Below, one piece after another: positions 1 to 9,407 of a stretch of 64,000 bases of DNA. The stretch is taken from assembly GCA_023265365.1 (NCBI GenBank), contig JAHFTY010000001.1, forward strand, positions 3,656 through 67,655. Reading direction: 5' to 3'. Source of the DNA: Acidobacteriota bacterium (GTDB taxonomy: Bacteria; Acidobacteriota; Terriglobia; 20CM-2-55-15). The notes below the pieces were generated by a model that saw only the letters and a list, made by a program, of their open reading frames with translations, did not search any database and had not been told where the DNA came from. The translations under genes and the position numbers were made by a program. Each line of letters opens with the position of its first letter. Position 1 is the stretch's first letter.

Positions 1-1204
1 TCAGCCCGCTGACGAAGAAGGTCGCGAGCGACCTCACGATTTTCCTGAGGTGATACCGCGAGTGGGATCGAAGGGATTCCAGATAAACGTCGATTCCCAA
101 ATCGTCCATCCTCTTGAGGCCGTAAAAGAAATACAACGGAACTGCCGCTGTCCAGTGGCTGTAACCGGACGGCAATGGATGGCCTTTCACATACTGAACC
201 AGGTCCTCTCTCGACATGTTCAGGACATATTCCAATTTCTTCTCGTACGGCGGACGCATCTCCGGCGGCGCACCGTAGCGAATATCGTCGATCCCGCCGG
301 CCATGAAGTATTCCGGCGGCGTTGCCCGCACCAGCACGGCCCAGCGCAGGCTGTTCAGTCCGAGCCGCTCAGGCGATGCGGATTCGTAGTCTTCCGGCAA
401 CGCAGCGGTCATCACCCATGCATGGTCGAAATTGAGCTGCCGGGTCCCTGTCGACTCAAAATGAAAGAAATGGACGTAGGTCCATATCACCACCAGAAAG
501 AGGGAGGCGGAAGCCGCCAACTGTGCCGCCTTGAAGCGCCAGCTTTCCTTGTCGAATACCAGGAAGGCGACCAGGGCGATTGCGAAGAGCAGGGAGTTGA
601 ACTTAATCAGGTAGGCGAACCCAAACACGACGGCGGCAAGACAGTAAACCGGGATCTTCCACCTTGCGTCGAGTTTTCTTGCATGGGCATGCAGCAGGAC
701 CGACAGGATCAGTGCATGCCCCTGGAGCCATTCCGGCGCGACGGCATCGACGTTGCTGATAAACAGAACGTTGCATCCCCACCCCAATGCGAGGATCGCC
801 GCAGTGGATTTGCTGAAAGCTTTCGCGCACAGGAAGATCGAAATTGAAAATAACGCCAGATGAGCAAGAATTTGAAAGCTCTGCAATGTGTCAAACCAGT
901 CTTTGGATGGCAACTGGTTGAGCGACGCAACCGGGGGCAGGATCGCCAGGATTTTGTAAGCCAGAAAATGGAGAATGGCGGGGTATCCGGGCGCATGCAT
1001 GAGGTTGGATCGGCCCGAAATGATCATCGACATGAAAGTGCGATTGTCGGACTGGCCGACGTTGATCGGGTAACTGGCATAGAAAATGAAATTGGCCAGG
1101 AGTGCCGTGACTCCTGCGCCGACGAGGATCCAGAGAGCCCGGTCCATCACGATTCGGCGGCCGGCTTCACGCGTCTTTTTTTTCGGTTTCAAGGGGAACC
1201 GCAT
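1..1204 (-). CDS. Polytopic membrane protein, GT-C-type glycosyltransferase-like (PMT/ArnT-like); partial, C-terminus runs off the window start
   Basis: The minus-strand frame is open from ATG (1204) to position 1, so it is absent from the ORF track. The N-terminal ~270 aa has many hydrophobic helices, followed by a soluble domain. An in-frame stop lies 7 codons upstream of the ATG. It follows the FecCD permease on the same strand. The family call is by architecture only. Confidence 0.4.
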   Translation of the reverse strand, partial: MRFPLKPKKKTREAGRRIVMDRALWILVGAGVTALLANFIFYASYPINVGQSDNRTFMSMIISGRSNLMHAPGYPAILHFLAYKILAILPPVASLNQLPSKDWFDTLQSFQILAHLALFSISIFLCAKAFSKSTAAILALGWGCNVLFISNVDAVAPEWLQGHALILSVLLHAHARKLDARWKIPVYCLAAVVFGFAYLIKFNSLLFAIALVAFLVFDKESWRFKAAQLAASASLFLVVIWTYVHFFHFESTGTRQLNFDHAWVMTAALPEDYESASPERLGLNSLRWAVLVRATPPEYFMAGGIDDIRYGAPPEMRPPYEKKLEYVLNMSREDLVQYVKGHPLPSGYSHWTAAVPLYFFYGLKRMDDLGIDVYLESLRSHSRYHLRKIVRSLATFFVSGL

Positions 1205-1258
1205 CGCCCAACATTTCCCTTCTCAAGGAGTCATTCACACGTTCTCAGAATCGCCTAT

Positions 1259-2338
1259 TCACCACAGATCGCCGGGCCTTCGCTTCAGCAGAAAAATAAA
1301 GAACGGGCCGCCCAGCAGCGCGGTGACCACGCCCACCGGGATTTCGGTGGGCGCGATAATGGTCCGCGCAAGAGTGTCGCAGATGACGAGAAATGCGCCG
1401 CCGAGAAAGAAAGACCCCGGAATCAGCAGGCGATGATCGGGCCCGGCAATCAAACGCAGCGTGTGCGGGACGATCAGTCCGACGAAACCGATCGGGCCGC
1501 TGAAGGCCGTCACGGAGCCCGTCAGGATCGAGGCGGCGAAATACGAGAGCTTCTTGACGCGCTCCACGTTCACTCCCCGTGAGGCGGCCCACTCTTCTCC
1601 GGCGGTCAGTGGATTGAGCTGGGGAGACAGCCAGATCATCCCCACAAACGCGGCGAGCACGAACGGCGCGGTCTGGAGAACCGGCCGGAAGTCCGTGGCG
1701 TCGTACAAGCTGCCCATCATCCAGCGCGTCATCATGTACGACTGCTGGAAGTTCGCGGCGTAGTGAATAAACAGAATCAGCGCGCCGAAGATAAGGTTCA
1801 GGGTGACGCCGGCCAGCAACAATGTGAACGTCGGCAGGCCGGTGTTGCTTCTGGCGACGAAGAACACGAAGAGAATGGTCAGGAAAGCGCCCCCGAACGC
1901 CGCCATGGAAACAACCGGGACGCCAAAGATCACCAGATCGAGGCCGAGCCAGATCGCGACAACGGCGCCGAACGAACTTCCACTCGAAATCCCGAGAGTG
2001 AACGGCGTGGCGAGCGAGTTCCGCAGGATGGCCTGGAACAAAACGCCCGAAACCGCGAGCGCGCCGCCCACGAGCGCCCCGAAAAGAACGCGGGGCATTC
2101 GCGTAATCAGAAAAATGTCGCGGTCCGGATAGGCGCCTTCGATCACGCCGCGCATGGAAATGCCGCTGGCCCCGATCCATGGCGCAATCAGGACGACAAG
2201 GACAAAGATAGCGACACACAGTCCCACGACGGTGACGAACCGTGAGACCGAGAGAGCGCCTTTATCCGAGAGGGACGATGTAGGCGCCCCGGCCGTCGGG
2301 ACGCTGGAAGACGGTCGCATGGATTTCAAAGATGTCAT
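1259..2338 (-). CDS. ABC transporter permease, FecCD/BtuC family (iron-siderophore/cobalamin-type importer)
   Basis: Multi-TM protein with typical FecCD motifs (GxxLGxDxV, C-terminal GxxxxxGGPFFIFLL). It overlaps the upstream ATPase gene. Confidence 0.85.
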   Translation of the reverse strand: MTSLKSMRPSSSVPTAGAPTSSLSDKGALSVSRFVTVVGLCVAIFVLVVLIAPWIGASGISMRGVIEGAYPDRDIFLITRMPRVLFGALVGGALAVSGVLFQAILRNSLATPFTLGISSGSSFGAVVAIWLGLDLVIFGVPVVSMAAFGGAFLTILFVFFVARSNTGLPTFTLLLAGVTLNLIFGALILFIHYAANFQQSYMMTRWMMGSLYDATDFRPVLQTAPFVLAAFVGMIWLSPQLNPLTAGEEWAASRGVNVERVKKLSYFAASILTGSVTAFSGPIGFVGLIVPHTLRLIAGPDHRLLIPGSFFLGGAFLVICDTLARTIIAPTEIPVGVVTALLGGPFFIFLLKRRPGDLW

Positions 2339-3035
2339 AAAGATTCCCGGGCGTCAGTACTTCTGCCGGCGGCCCATCCGCAACGAACTGTCCATCGCGA
2401 ATGGCGATCATTCGCCGGGCGTACCGTGCGGCCAGATTGACGTCATGCGTGACACTGACGATCGTCATGCCGCGGTCGGCGTTCAGCCGTTCCACGATGT
2501 CGTAGAACTGCAACTGGTGTTTCAGATCCAGGTAGACGGTCGGCTCATCCAGCAGCAACACGTCCGGATCCTGCGCCAGCGCGCTCGCCAGAACGACGCG
2601 CTGCCGTTCGCCGCCGCTGAGCTGATTGAACGCTTTGCCGGCCAGCGATTCGGTGTCGGTCAACTGCATCGCCTGATGGGCCCGCTCGCGGTCGCGCGGC
2701 GACTCAAACAGGCTGTTGTGCCGGTGCGGCAGCCGGCCCATCATGATGATCTCGCCGACCGAAAAAGGAAACACCACGTGGGTTTCCTGGGGAACGAAGG
2801 CGATCCGCTGCGCCAGTTCGCGCGGCGTGTACGCGCCGATGGCGCGTCCGGAAAAATCGATGGAGCCTTCATAGCCGCGCAGCAGTCCGGCGAGGATTCG
2901 AAGGAGAGTGGACTTCCCTGCCCCATTGGGACCCACAAAGGCGATGAACTCGCCGGCGGTGATTTCCGTGGAGATGCCCTTCAGTACAGGCGTTGAACCG
3001 TAAGCGAAACGGAGGCCTTCAAGATGGTAGAGCAC
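2262..3035 (-). CDS. ABC transporter ATP-binding protein (FepC/BtuD-type)
   Basis: Walker A GPNGAGKST, signature LSGGERQRV, Walker B LLLDEPT and H-loop are all present. Confidence 0.9.
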   Translation of the reverse strand: MLYHLEGLRFAYGSTPVLKGISTEITAGEFIAFVGPNGAGKSTLLRILAGLLRGYEGSIDFSGRAIGAYTPRELAQRIAFVPQETHVVFPFSVGEIIMMGRLPHRHNSLFESPRDRERAHQAMQLTDTESLAGKAFNQLSGGERQRVVLASALAQDPDVLLLDEPTVYLDLKHQLQFYDIVERLNADRGMTIVSVTHDVNLAARYARRMIAIRDGQFVADGPPAEVLTPGNLYDIFEIHATVFQRPDGRGAYIVPLG

Positions 3036-3037
3036 GT

Positions 3038-5491
3038 TCAGTTGCCTGCGGTGGCGTCCTGAAGCAACTGATTGAGCTTTTCGACATCCACCGGCTTCAT
3101 CACGAGCGGCAGCGAATAATCTTCGGCAAATTGCCGGATTTCGTCACTCATGGTGTCGCCGCTGATCACAATCGTCTTTACCGAGACCGGCGGAATCATC
3201 GCCTGAATCCGTTTGACGATGCTCTTCCCGTCCATCTCCGGCAGGTGCATGTCCAGCAGCAGCACATCGAATTTGTTCTTGGAAAGCAGCTGCAGGGCGC
3301 GGCTTCCGGTCGTGGTGCACTCCACGTGGTGTCCCATCCTGCCGAGGGAATTCTCGAGGATGTTGAGGATCTCGGGTTCATCGTCGACCGCCAGAATGCG
3401 GAGAACGGCGGCGGTTCGCAACTTCGGCGGTGAAAGGTAGGGCGCGATCGGCACGAGGGGAAACTCGATTTCGAAACGTGTGAAGGTCTCGCCGTCGCTC
3501 TCGACCTGGATCCTGCCGTCATGGTCGACGATGATCGAGTGAACAATCGACAGGCCGAGCCCGGTGCCCTGGCCCACATCCTTCGTGCTGAAGAACGGGT
3601 CGAAGATGCGGTCGCGATTCTCTCTGAGGATGCCGACGCCGTTGTCCGAAACCTCAATACGAATCCGTCCGTCGCGAATCTTCCGGCCATGGATCACGAT
3701 CAGCCCCCGCGATCTTTTCGCCTGGCGAATGGCGTCGCGCGCGTTGTCGATGAGGTTGAGAAAGATTTCCTGCAGCAAGGTGTATCTCCCCATCATTGTC
3801 AGGGAGGACGGCAGGTCGAGGTCGGTCGCAATGTTGTAGGTGGCGAGTTCCGTGGCTTTCAAATGCTCGACGGACCGGATCACGTCGACGAGATCCACGA
3901 ACGTCTTGTCCGATTCCCCCGGCCTGCTGAGCGTCAGGAAGGTGTGGACGATGTCCCGGGCCCGCTCTGCTGCGGAAGCAATGGCGGCAACCTGGCGGCG
4001 GCCCTCGAAAGTCAGACCGGAATAGTCGCGCAGCAGTTGAGCATTGCCCAGCACGATGGCGAGCGGGTTGTTGAGTTCGTGTGCGGTTCCCGCAATCATC
4101 CGTCCCAATGCGGCCATCCGTTCGGTCTGGATCAACTGCTGCTGGCGCTTCCGCTCTGTGGTGATGTCCACGAGAAGCTCGACGCCGCCCTTGCTGTCCT
4201 TTCCGGCGGTGATCGGCGCGAACTCAAGCTGATAGTTCAGATCCCGAATCTCCACCGCCGCCGAAAATGGTCTTTGTGCTTTGAGTTCACACCAGTCGCA
4301 CGGAATGTTCCGGCCGAAAACAACGCTATAACAGGGGCCGGTCGATGCGTTGAAGCGGCTGCGGAACACGTCGTTGCTGAGAACGACGTTGTAGTCACCA
4401 TCGACAATATAGATCGGCTGGCGCAGGGAACTGAGGGTCACGTCGAGCTGGGTCCGGCGATACTCGGATTCCTCGACGACGATCCGGTGCCGGAAGTGCA
4501 GCAGAGCCGTGAGCATCACGACTTCTCCGAGCGTGAGCCACCTTCGAACGTCCTGCAGGTCCTGCTGTCCGGTGACGAGGAGCGCGGAAACCAGATGAAA
4601 GGCAGTGATCGCGGCGATCAGTGTCAGGGAAAAGCCGTACCGGGATGGAATCAGGACCGCGTCGATGGGCTGCACCCTCCGGGCCGGGGCGGAAGCCACC
4701 GCAAGCGACATGACCCAGAAGGCCGCGCACCAGAAGGGATCGTTGTAAGGCATCCCGAAGATCAGGAACGACATCGAGGCCGCTGTATAGAGTGTCAAAC
4801 CCGTCGCGATCAAACGGTACGTTTTCCCCCATCCGGAACTTCGGGCTTCCCAGGCCACCACCGCCGCAGTCGCCGCAATGCCGGTATTCAGCATGACGTT
4901 CGCGACTGAGCTATAGAAAGTTCCCGCAACCTGCAGATGAACGATCGACGGGAGAATGAAAAAATAGCCGATGTAGTAGCCGATGATGCTCAGCGCAACG
5001 CTCGTATCGATGAGGTGCAGCCGGCGATTCAACTCCGATCCGGCATAAAACGGCCGGTAGAGGATGGCGCCCAGAATCAGAAGCTTGAACATCCAGTACG
5101 CCGTGTCCTGCACCGCGGATAGCGGAAAGCCGTAGACCCGAATGGCGATCCACAGAACCTGACCCAATCCCCAGAACGTATGGGCCAGAGCGAGGGCCTG
5201 CCAGAACCGTGAGTTCAGAAGTCCTTTGCGCCACACGAAGAACGCCGGCAACACCGCAATGGCCAGCATTCCGAAATTTCGGACGAGTGGGCTTAACGGT
5301 TTGATGACAAAACCGAGAAGGTACAAGGCGAGATAGGTAACGTAGACGAAGTGAATCTTTCGGTTCACGCGGGAATTTATATCCCAAATGGAACTAGGGA
5401 TCGAATAGAATCCGCCGTTTATGGCATCCAGGCGCGAGCCTTTGATCTTTGCCCTGACGGTCTCCGGTGCGGCGGCGCTGTTGGTTTCCAT
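3038..5491 (-). CDS. Hybrid sensor histidine kinase/response regulator (membrane N-terminus, PAS-like, HisKA, HATPase, C-terminal receiver)
   Basis: H-box AHELNNPLA, ATPase G-boxes, and a C-terminal receiver with DDE..D..K pattern (ILAVDDEPE...LLLDMHLP). The annotated 5' end overlaps the divergent ligase gene by ~70 bp, so the true start may be internal (for example GTG near 5368). Confidence 0.8.
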   Translation of the reverse strand: METNSAAAPETVRAKIKGSRLDAINGGFYSIPSSIWDINSRVNRKIHFVYVTYLALYLLGFVIKPLSPLVRNFGMLAIAVLPAFFVWRKGLLNSRFWQALALAHTFWGLGQVLWIAIRVYGFPLSAVQDTAYWMFKLLILGAILYRPFYAGSELNRRLHLIDTSVALSIIGYYIGYFFILPSIVHLQVAGTFYSSVANVMLNTGIAATAAVVAWEARSSGWGKTYRLIATGLTLYTAASMSFLIFGMPYNDPFWCAAFWVMSLAVASAPARRVQPIDAVLIPSRYGFSLTLIAAITAFHLVSALLVTGQQDLQDVRRWLTLGEVVMLTALLHFRHRIVVEESEYRRTQLDVTLSSLRQPIYIVDGDYNVVLSNDVFRSRFNASTGPCYSVVFGRNIPCDWCELKAQRPFSAAVEIRDLNYQLEFAPITAGKDSKGGVELLVDITTERKRQQQLIQTERMAALGRMIAGTAHELNNPLAIVLGNAQLLRDYSGLTFEGRRQVAAIASAAERARDIVHTFLTLSRPGESDKTFVDLVDVIRSVEHLKATELATYNIATDLDLPSSLTMMGRYTLLQEIFLNLIDNARDAIRQAKRSRGLIVIHGRKIRDGRIRIEVSDNGVGILRENRDRIFDPFFSTKDVGQGTGLGLSIVHSIIVDHDGRIQVESDGETFTRFEIEFPLVPIAPYLSPPKLRTAAVLRILAVDDEPEILNILENSLGRMGHHVECTTTGSRALQLLSKNKFDVLLLDMHLPEMDGKSIVKRIQAMIPPVSVKTIVISGDTMSDEIRQFAEDYSLPLVMKPVDVEKLNQLLQDATAGN

Positions 5492-6605
5492 TGCCGCAGC
5501 CGAAATACTTCTCGGAACCGCGCTCGCGATGTGGATCGTTTCGCGGTCGCCCCGGCCGAACCTGCCGTCTTACTTCGTTCCAATGTGCGCGTTCATCGGC
5601 ATGACGTTCATATCCGTGTTCCTGACGCCCGATCCGCCGATCAACTGGGCCTTGCGGAAAACCATTCTCTTTGGAATGACCCTCCTCGCCGCCACTTTTG
5701 TCACCACTCTGTGGCGGGCTCGCACTTCGCATGCAGCGCTTCTGGCGGTCGCCGCCTTGACATCCGCCGTGGGTGTGATCCAGTTCGCCGTAGCCTACTC
5801 GAAATATCGCGCGACGCAGCAACTCGCCGACGACCCGATGATCCTCGCGCGTATGCGAGGGTTCATGGGTCACTGGCTGACCTTCAGCAGCGAGCAGCTT
5901 CTGGTCTGGGCCGCCGCCATTCCGGCCATGGTCTATCTTGGAAGGCGCTGGTGGCTGCCGATCACCACAGTGGGAACCGCGCTGATCCTCAGTTTCACTC
6001 GAGGCGTCTGGCTGGGCGCCGCAGCGGTTGTCGCGCTGGTTTCAGCGATGATGCCCAAACGGCTCCTGCTCCCTGTCCTTCTTCCTTTGTTCGTGATCGC
6101 GGCAGCGGCGTCCGGACTGATCTACCATCGCGTTTCGGCAAGCATCAACAACGCGGATCACACATTCATGCCGGATACCGGCCGGATCGAATTGTGGAAA
6201 GCCGGACTTCTGATGATTCGGGAACATCCCTGGTTCGGGGTCGGCCCGGAGCGTGTTGAAGCCGAGTTTCCGAGACATTATCGGGGACCGAATATCGAAA
6301 ACATCTATCACGGGCATCTTGAAAACAATTTCCTGACGATTGCGGCGGAACGCGGACTCCTTTGCTTCGCGACGTTCCTGTGGTTTCTGCTGGAGCTCTA
6401 TGCCGGGCTTTTTCGACTGGTGAAGGCCGCCGACGCCGCCACGCGTTGGCTTCCGATTTCGGGACTGGCGGCTCTCACGGGATTTCTGGTTACCGGTTTT
6501 TCCCAGTTTAATTTTGGCGATTCGGAAGTCCTGCTTTTGTTCCTTTTTGTCGTATCGATACCATTTGGGGTTTTGCATGAACGAGATGTTGAAGAAGTTA
6601 TCTGA
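5421..6605 (+). CDS. O-antigen ligase (WaaL/Wzy_C) family membrane protein
   Basis: About 10 TM helices and a central loop containing TRGVWLGAAAVV and FGVGPE, which matches the Wzy_C pattern. Confidence 0.65.
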   Translation: MASRREPLIFALTVSGAAALLVSIAAAEILLGTALAMWIVSRSPRPNLPSYFVPMCAFIGMTFISVFLTPDPPINWALRKTILFGMTLLAATFVTTLWRARTSHAALLAVAALTSAVGVIQFAVAYSKYRATQQLADDPMILARMRGFMGHWLTFSSEQLLVWAAAIPAMVYLGRRWWLPITTVGTALILSFTRGVWLGAAAVVALVSAMMPKRLLLPVLLPLFVIAAAASGLIYHRVSASINNADHTFMPDTGRIELWKAGLLMIREHPWFGVGPERVEAEFPRHYRGPNIENIYHGHLENNFLTIAAERGLLCFATFLWFLLELYAGLFRLVKAADAATRWLPISGLAALTGFLVTGFSQFNFGDSEVLLLFLFVVSIPFGVLHERDVEEVI

Positions 6606-6744
6606 AGCTTCCGGCTGGGTCATTCCGGAAGAACGTTTCGATGAAATCGCCGCTCTTTACAAGGGCACGGCGGACGACACACGGGCCGTTCGGGAATTCG
6701 ACGTCACCGGCGTTGTTCCGGCCAGGGTCTTCAAAGCGGAGTAG
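6577..6744 (+). CDS. Small DUF4089/GatC-AtzG-like protein (putative amidase accessory subunit)
   Basis: A 55-aa ORF ending 7 nt before the amidase start. The C-terminal ...TGVVPARVF motif resembles DUF4089/GatC-like proteins. The start could instead be ATG 6586. Confidence 0.4.
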   Translation: MNEMLKKLSEASGWVIPEERFDEIAALYKGTADDTRAVREFDVTGVVPARVFKAE

Positions 6745-6750
6745 CCGGCC

Positions 6751-8163
6751 ATGAACGACGCCGATCTCAAAAAGCTGACGCTCGCCTCGGCGGCCCGCCG
6801 GATTCGGCGGAAGGAAATATCCGCAGTCGAATTGACTGCTGCGGTACTGCAGCGGATTGCCCGGCTGAACGACCGGACGCGCGCGTTCATCACGGTGACC
6901 GCCGACCGGGCCCTTGCCCGCGCGCATGCCGCCGACCGCGAACTTCTGAATGGCGCGACGGCCGGCCCATTGCACGGGGTTCCGCTGTCGCTCAAGGATC
7001 TTTATGACACGAAGGGCGTGCGAACCACGGCCGGTTCGAAGGTTTTTGCAGACAGGATTCCCAATGAGGACGGTTTTGTCGTTCAAAAAATTCAGGATGC
7101 CGGCGCTGTCGTTCCGGGCAAGAACAACCTTCATGAGTTCGCCTACGGCGTCACGACTGTCAATCCTCACTACGGAACCGCCCGAAATCCGTGGAATCCG
7201 GACTACCTCTGCGGTGGATCCAGTGGTGGATCGGGAGTGGCGGTTGCCCTGTCGATGGGTTTCGGTTCCCTGGGATCGTACACGGGTGGTTCCATCCGCA
7301 TCCCGGCGTCCCTGTGCGGAGTTGTTGGACTGAAACCGACGTACGGCCGTTGCAGTCTGCGTGGCGTGGTGCCGCTGTCGTGGTCGCTGGACCACCCGGG
7401 ACCGATGGGACAGACGGTTGAAGACGTGGCGCTGATGCTCGGTGTCATGGCCGGATACGATGCCGCCGATCCCTTCTGCCAGGACAAGCCGGTGCCGTCT
7501 TACCTGGACGCCCTCACCGGAAGCGTGAAAGGCCTTCGAATCGGCCTGCCACGATCGTATTTCTTCGACGGGCTCGCTCCGGAGGTCGATGCGGCGTTGA
7601 ACGCCGCCCTGAAAACGTACGAGCGGCTGGGTGCGGACATTGTCGATATCGACCTGAAGACCGCCGGACTGCAACGTGGCGTGTGGAGTCAGATCGCTTC
7701 GCCGGAAGCGTATGCCTATCACGAAGAATACTTGTCGAAACAAGGCGATCGATACGGAGCCGACGTGCGGGGACGCCTTGAAATCGGCAGGCTGCTGCTC
7801 TCCATCGACTATGTTCGAGCCCAGCGTGTTCGCACGGTGATGAAGGAAGAATGCAGAAAGGTCTTTGAATCCGTCGATGTCATCGTCACCCCGTCGTTGC
7901 CGGTGACTCCGCCTCGAATCGACCAGACGACCGTCCAGCGAGGATCCGTCACCGAACCCACGGGCGTCGCGCTGACCCGCTGCACCCGTCACTTCAATGT
8001 CACCGGTCTGCCGGCCATCTCCCTGACCTGCGGATTCACGCGCGACGGCCTGCCGATCGGCATGCAGATCGCAGGCAGGGCCTTTGACGAGGCCGTGGTC
8101 CTCCGGGCCGCCCATGCCTATGAGCAGGACGCGAAGTGGTTCGAGCGCCGGCCCGAAATGTAG
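6751..8163 (+). CDS. Amidase-signature (AS) family amidase, GatA/AtzE-like
   Basis: Has the AS motif GGSSGGSGVAVA, a Ser-cisSer-Lys context and PLSLKDLYDTKG. Confidence 0.9.
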   Translation: MNDADLKKLTLASAARRIRRKEISAVELTAAVLQRIARLNDRTRAFITVTADRALARAHAADRELLNGATAGPLHGVPLSLKDLYDTKGVRTTAGSKVFADRIPNEDGFVVQKIQDAGAVVPGKNNLHEFAYGVTTVNPHYGTARNPWNPDYLCGGSSGGSGVAVALSMGFGSLGSYTGGSIRIPASLCGVVGLKPTYGRCSLRGVVPLSWSLDHPGPMGQTVEDVALMLGVMAGYDAADPFCQDKPVPSYLDALTGSVKGLRIGLPRSYFFDGLAPEVDAALNAALKTYERLGADIVDIDLKTAGLQRGVWSQIASPEAYAYHEEYLSKQGDRYGADVRGRLEIGRLLLSIDYVRAQRVRTVMKEECRKVFESVDVIVTPSLPVTPPRIDQTTVQRGSVTEPTGVALTRCTRHFNVTGLPAISLTCGFTRDGLPIGMQIAGRAFDEAVVLRAAHAYEQDAKWFERRPEM

Positions 8164-8173
8164 CGGCGGTTCC

Positions 8174-9319
8174 TTACTTGCCGAAGTATTCCTTGCGGGA
8201 TCGAACGTGGTACCGGGGGTTCTTCGGACGGATATCGATCCGATGCCACTTTCCGTCCTGAAGGGGATGGGTGGGGTAGTAACCGATGCTGTACTGGTTT
8301 CGAAGTTCGGAGGCGATTTCGTCCAGGATCTTCTCGACCTGATTCCCGCGGCCTTCCGTCCAGTTCCCGGACAACAACCATGCCTTGCCGCCGCTGGCAT
8401 CGGCGAATGAGTTGAGCACCATCATGTCGACACTGTCCGGATTCATGGGTCCGCCGCTCGTCGGGGTCGGGCGGCGCTGCTGGAAGGTGTAAGGCCTGCG
8501 CCCGGGGACAGGAATCGGGAACGGCAGGCTGCCGCCGCCGGGCAAAGGGATGCCGATTGTGCCTCCCGAGCCGCCCCGGCCACCGGGATATCGGCCGCCG
8601 GTCCCCGTGCCACCCCGGCCACCGGGAATGCCGACAGGACCTCCTGCCGGGCCGGTCGGAGGCATCGGAGAGGGCACTGGAATTCCTTCGGTCAGAACAC
8701 CGGTGTTGGAGGGCGATATGCCAAGGCAGTACACCAGCAACTCGGACTCTCGAACGGCCAGGGCCGCCTGATCGAAGGTGATATAGCTGGAAGTATCCTC
8801 GCCGTCGGTAATGAGAATGATGGCCTTCTTGTCGTGTTCGCCCTGCTTGATTTTCGTGAGGCTGAAATCCAAAGCCTCATAAAGCGCGGTGCCGCCTCCA
8901 ATCCGAACACGCCGCAAGGCGGAACTGAGGCGATCGCGATCCGAGGTGAAATCCTGGGAAAGAACGGGCCTGTCGGAGAAGGTGACCAGAAAAATGTCAT
9001 CGTCCTGGTGAACGGTCCGGATGAATCGCTCGACAGCCCCCGTCGCCGTCGCGATCTTTCGTTCCATGCTGCCGCTGGTATCCAGCGTGACGCCGACACT
9101 GACGGGAAGTTCATCGGACTGCGTCAGGTGGGCGATCGTCTGTGTCTGGCCGTCCTCCTGAACGATGAAGTCTTCGGCTGTCAGCCCCGGCACATAACGG
9201 CCCTGACTGTCAGTGACCGTTGCGACAACGTTGATCAGCGCGACATCGACCTTCAATTGGGCGAGGAGCACGGAACCTGACAGCAGAACCGTGGCGACTG
9301 CGATACCGAGCTGCCTCAT
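8174..9319 (-). CDS. Secreted von Willebrand factor A domain protein (VWFA-related Acidobacterial domain type)
   Basis: Signal peptide MRQLGIAVATVLLSGSVLLAQ, a VWA MIDAS-like DTSGSM motif, a long Gly/Pro-rich linker and a conserved C-terminus. The start was moved to Met39 of the track ORF. Confidence 0.8.
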   Translation of the reverse strand: MRQLGIAVATVLLSGSVLLAQLKVDVALINVVATVTDSQGRYVPGLTAEDFIVQEDGQTQTIAHLTQSDELPVSVGVTLDTSGSMERKIATATGAVERFIRTVHQDDDIFLVTFSDRPVLSQDFTSDRDRLSSALRRVRIGGGTALYEALDFSLTKIKQGEHDKKAIILITDGEDTSSYITFDQAALAVRESELLVYCLGISPSNTGVLTEGIPVPSPMPPTGPAGGPVGIPGGRGGTGTGGRYPGGRGGSGGTIGIPLPGGGSLPFPIPVPGRRPYTFQQRRPTPTSGGPMNPDSVDMMVLNSFADASGGKAWLLSGNWTEGRGNQVEKILDEIASELRNQYSIGYYPTHPLQDGKWHRIDIRPKNPRYHVRSRKEYFGK

Positions 9320-9407
9320 GGAATTGTCCCTCCCGGGACCGAAGACTGGTGCATTTTGACGTACCCACCAACGAGACGAAAGCAAATTGGTTGTATGATT
9401 TGAGACC

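Noticed and set aside
50-847. 265-aa plus-strand ORF at the window start
   Set aside because: Arg/Gln/Cys-rich nonsense composition. It lies antisense to a convincing membrane-protein frame that is open to the window edge, so it is a typical high-GC antisense ORF.
6598-8400. 600-aa minus-strand ORF antisense to the amidase; similar long antisense ORFs at 3521-4909(+), 13504-14685(-), 18709-19992(-), 21271-22629(+), 9777-10610(-) and 34006-34848(+)
   Set aside because: All lie opposite genes with strong family signatures. Their translations are low-complexity and Arg/Gly/Asp-rich with no motifs. They are expected artefacts of ~60% GC DNA.
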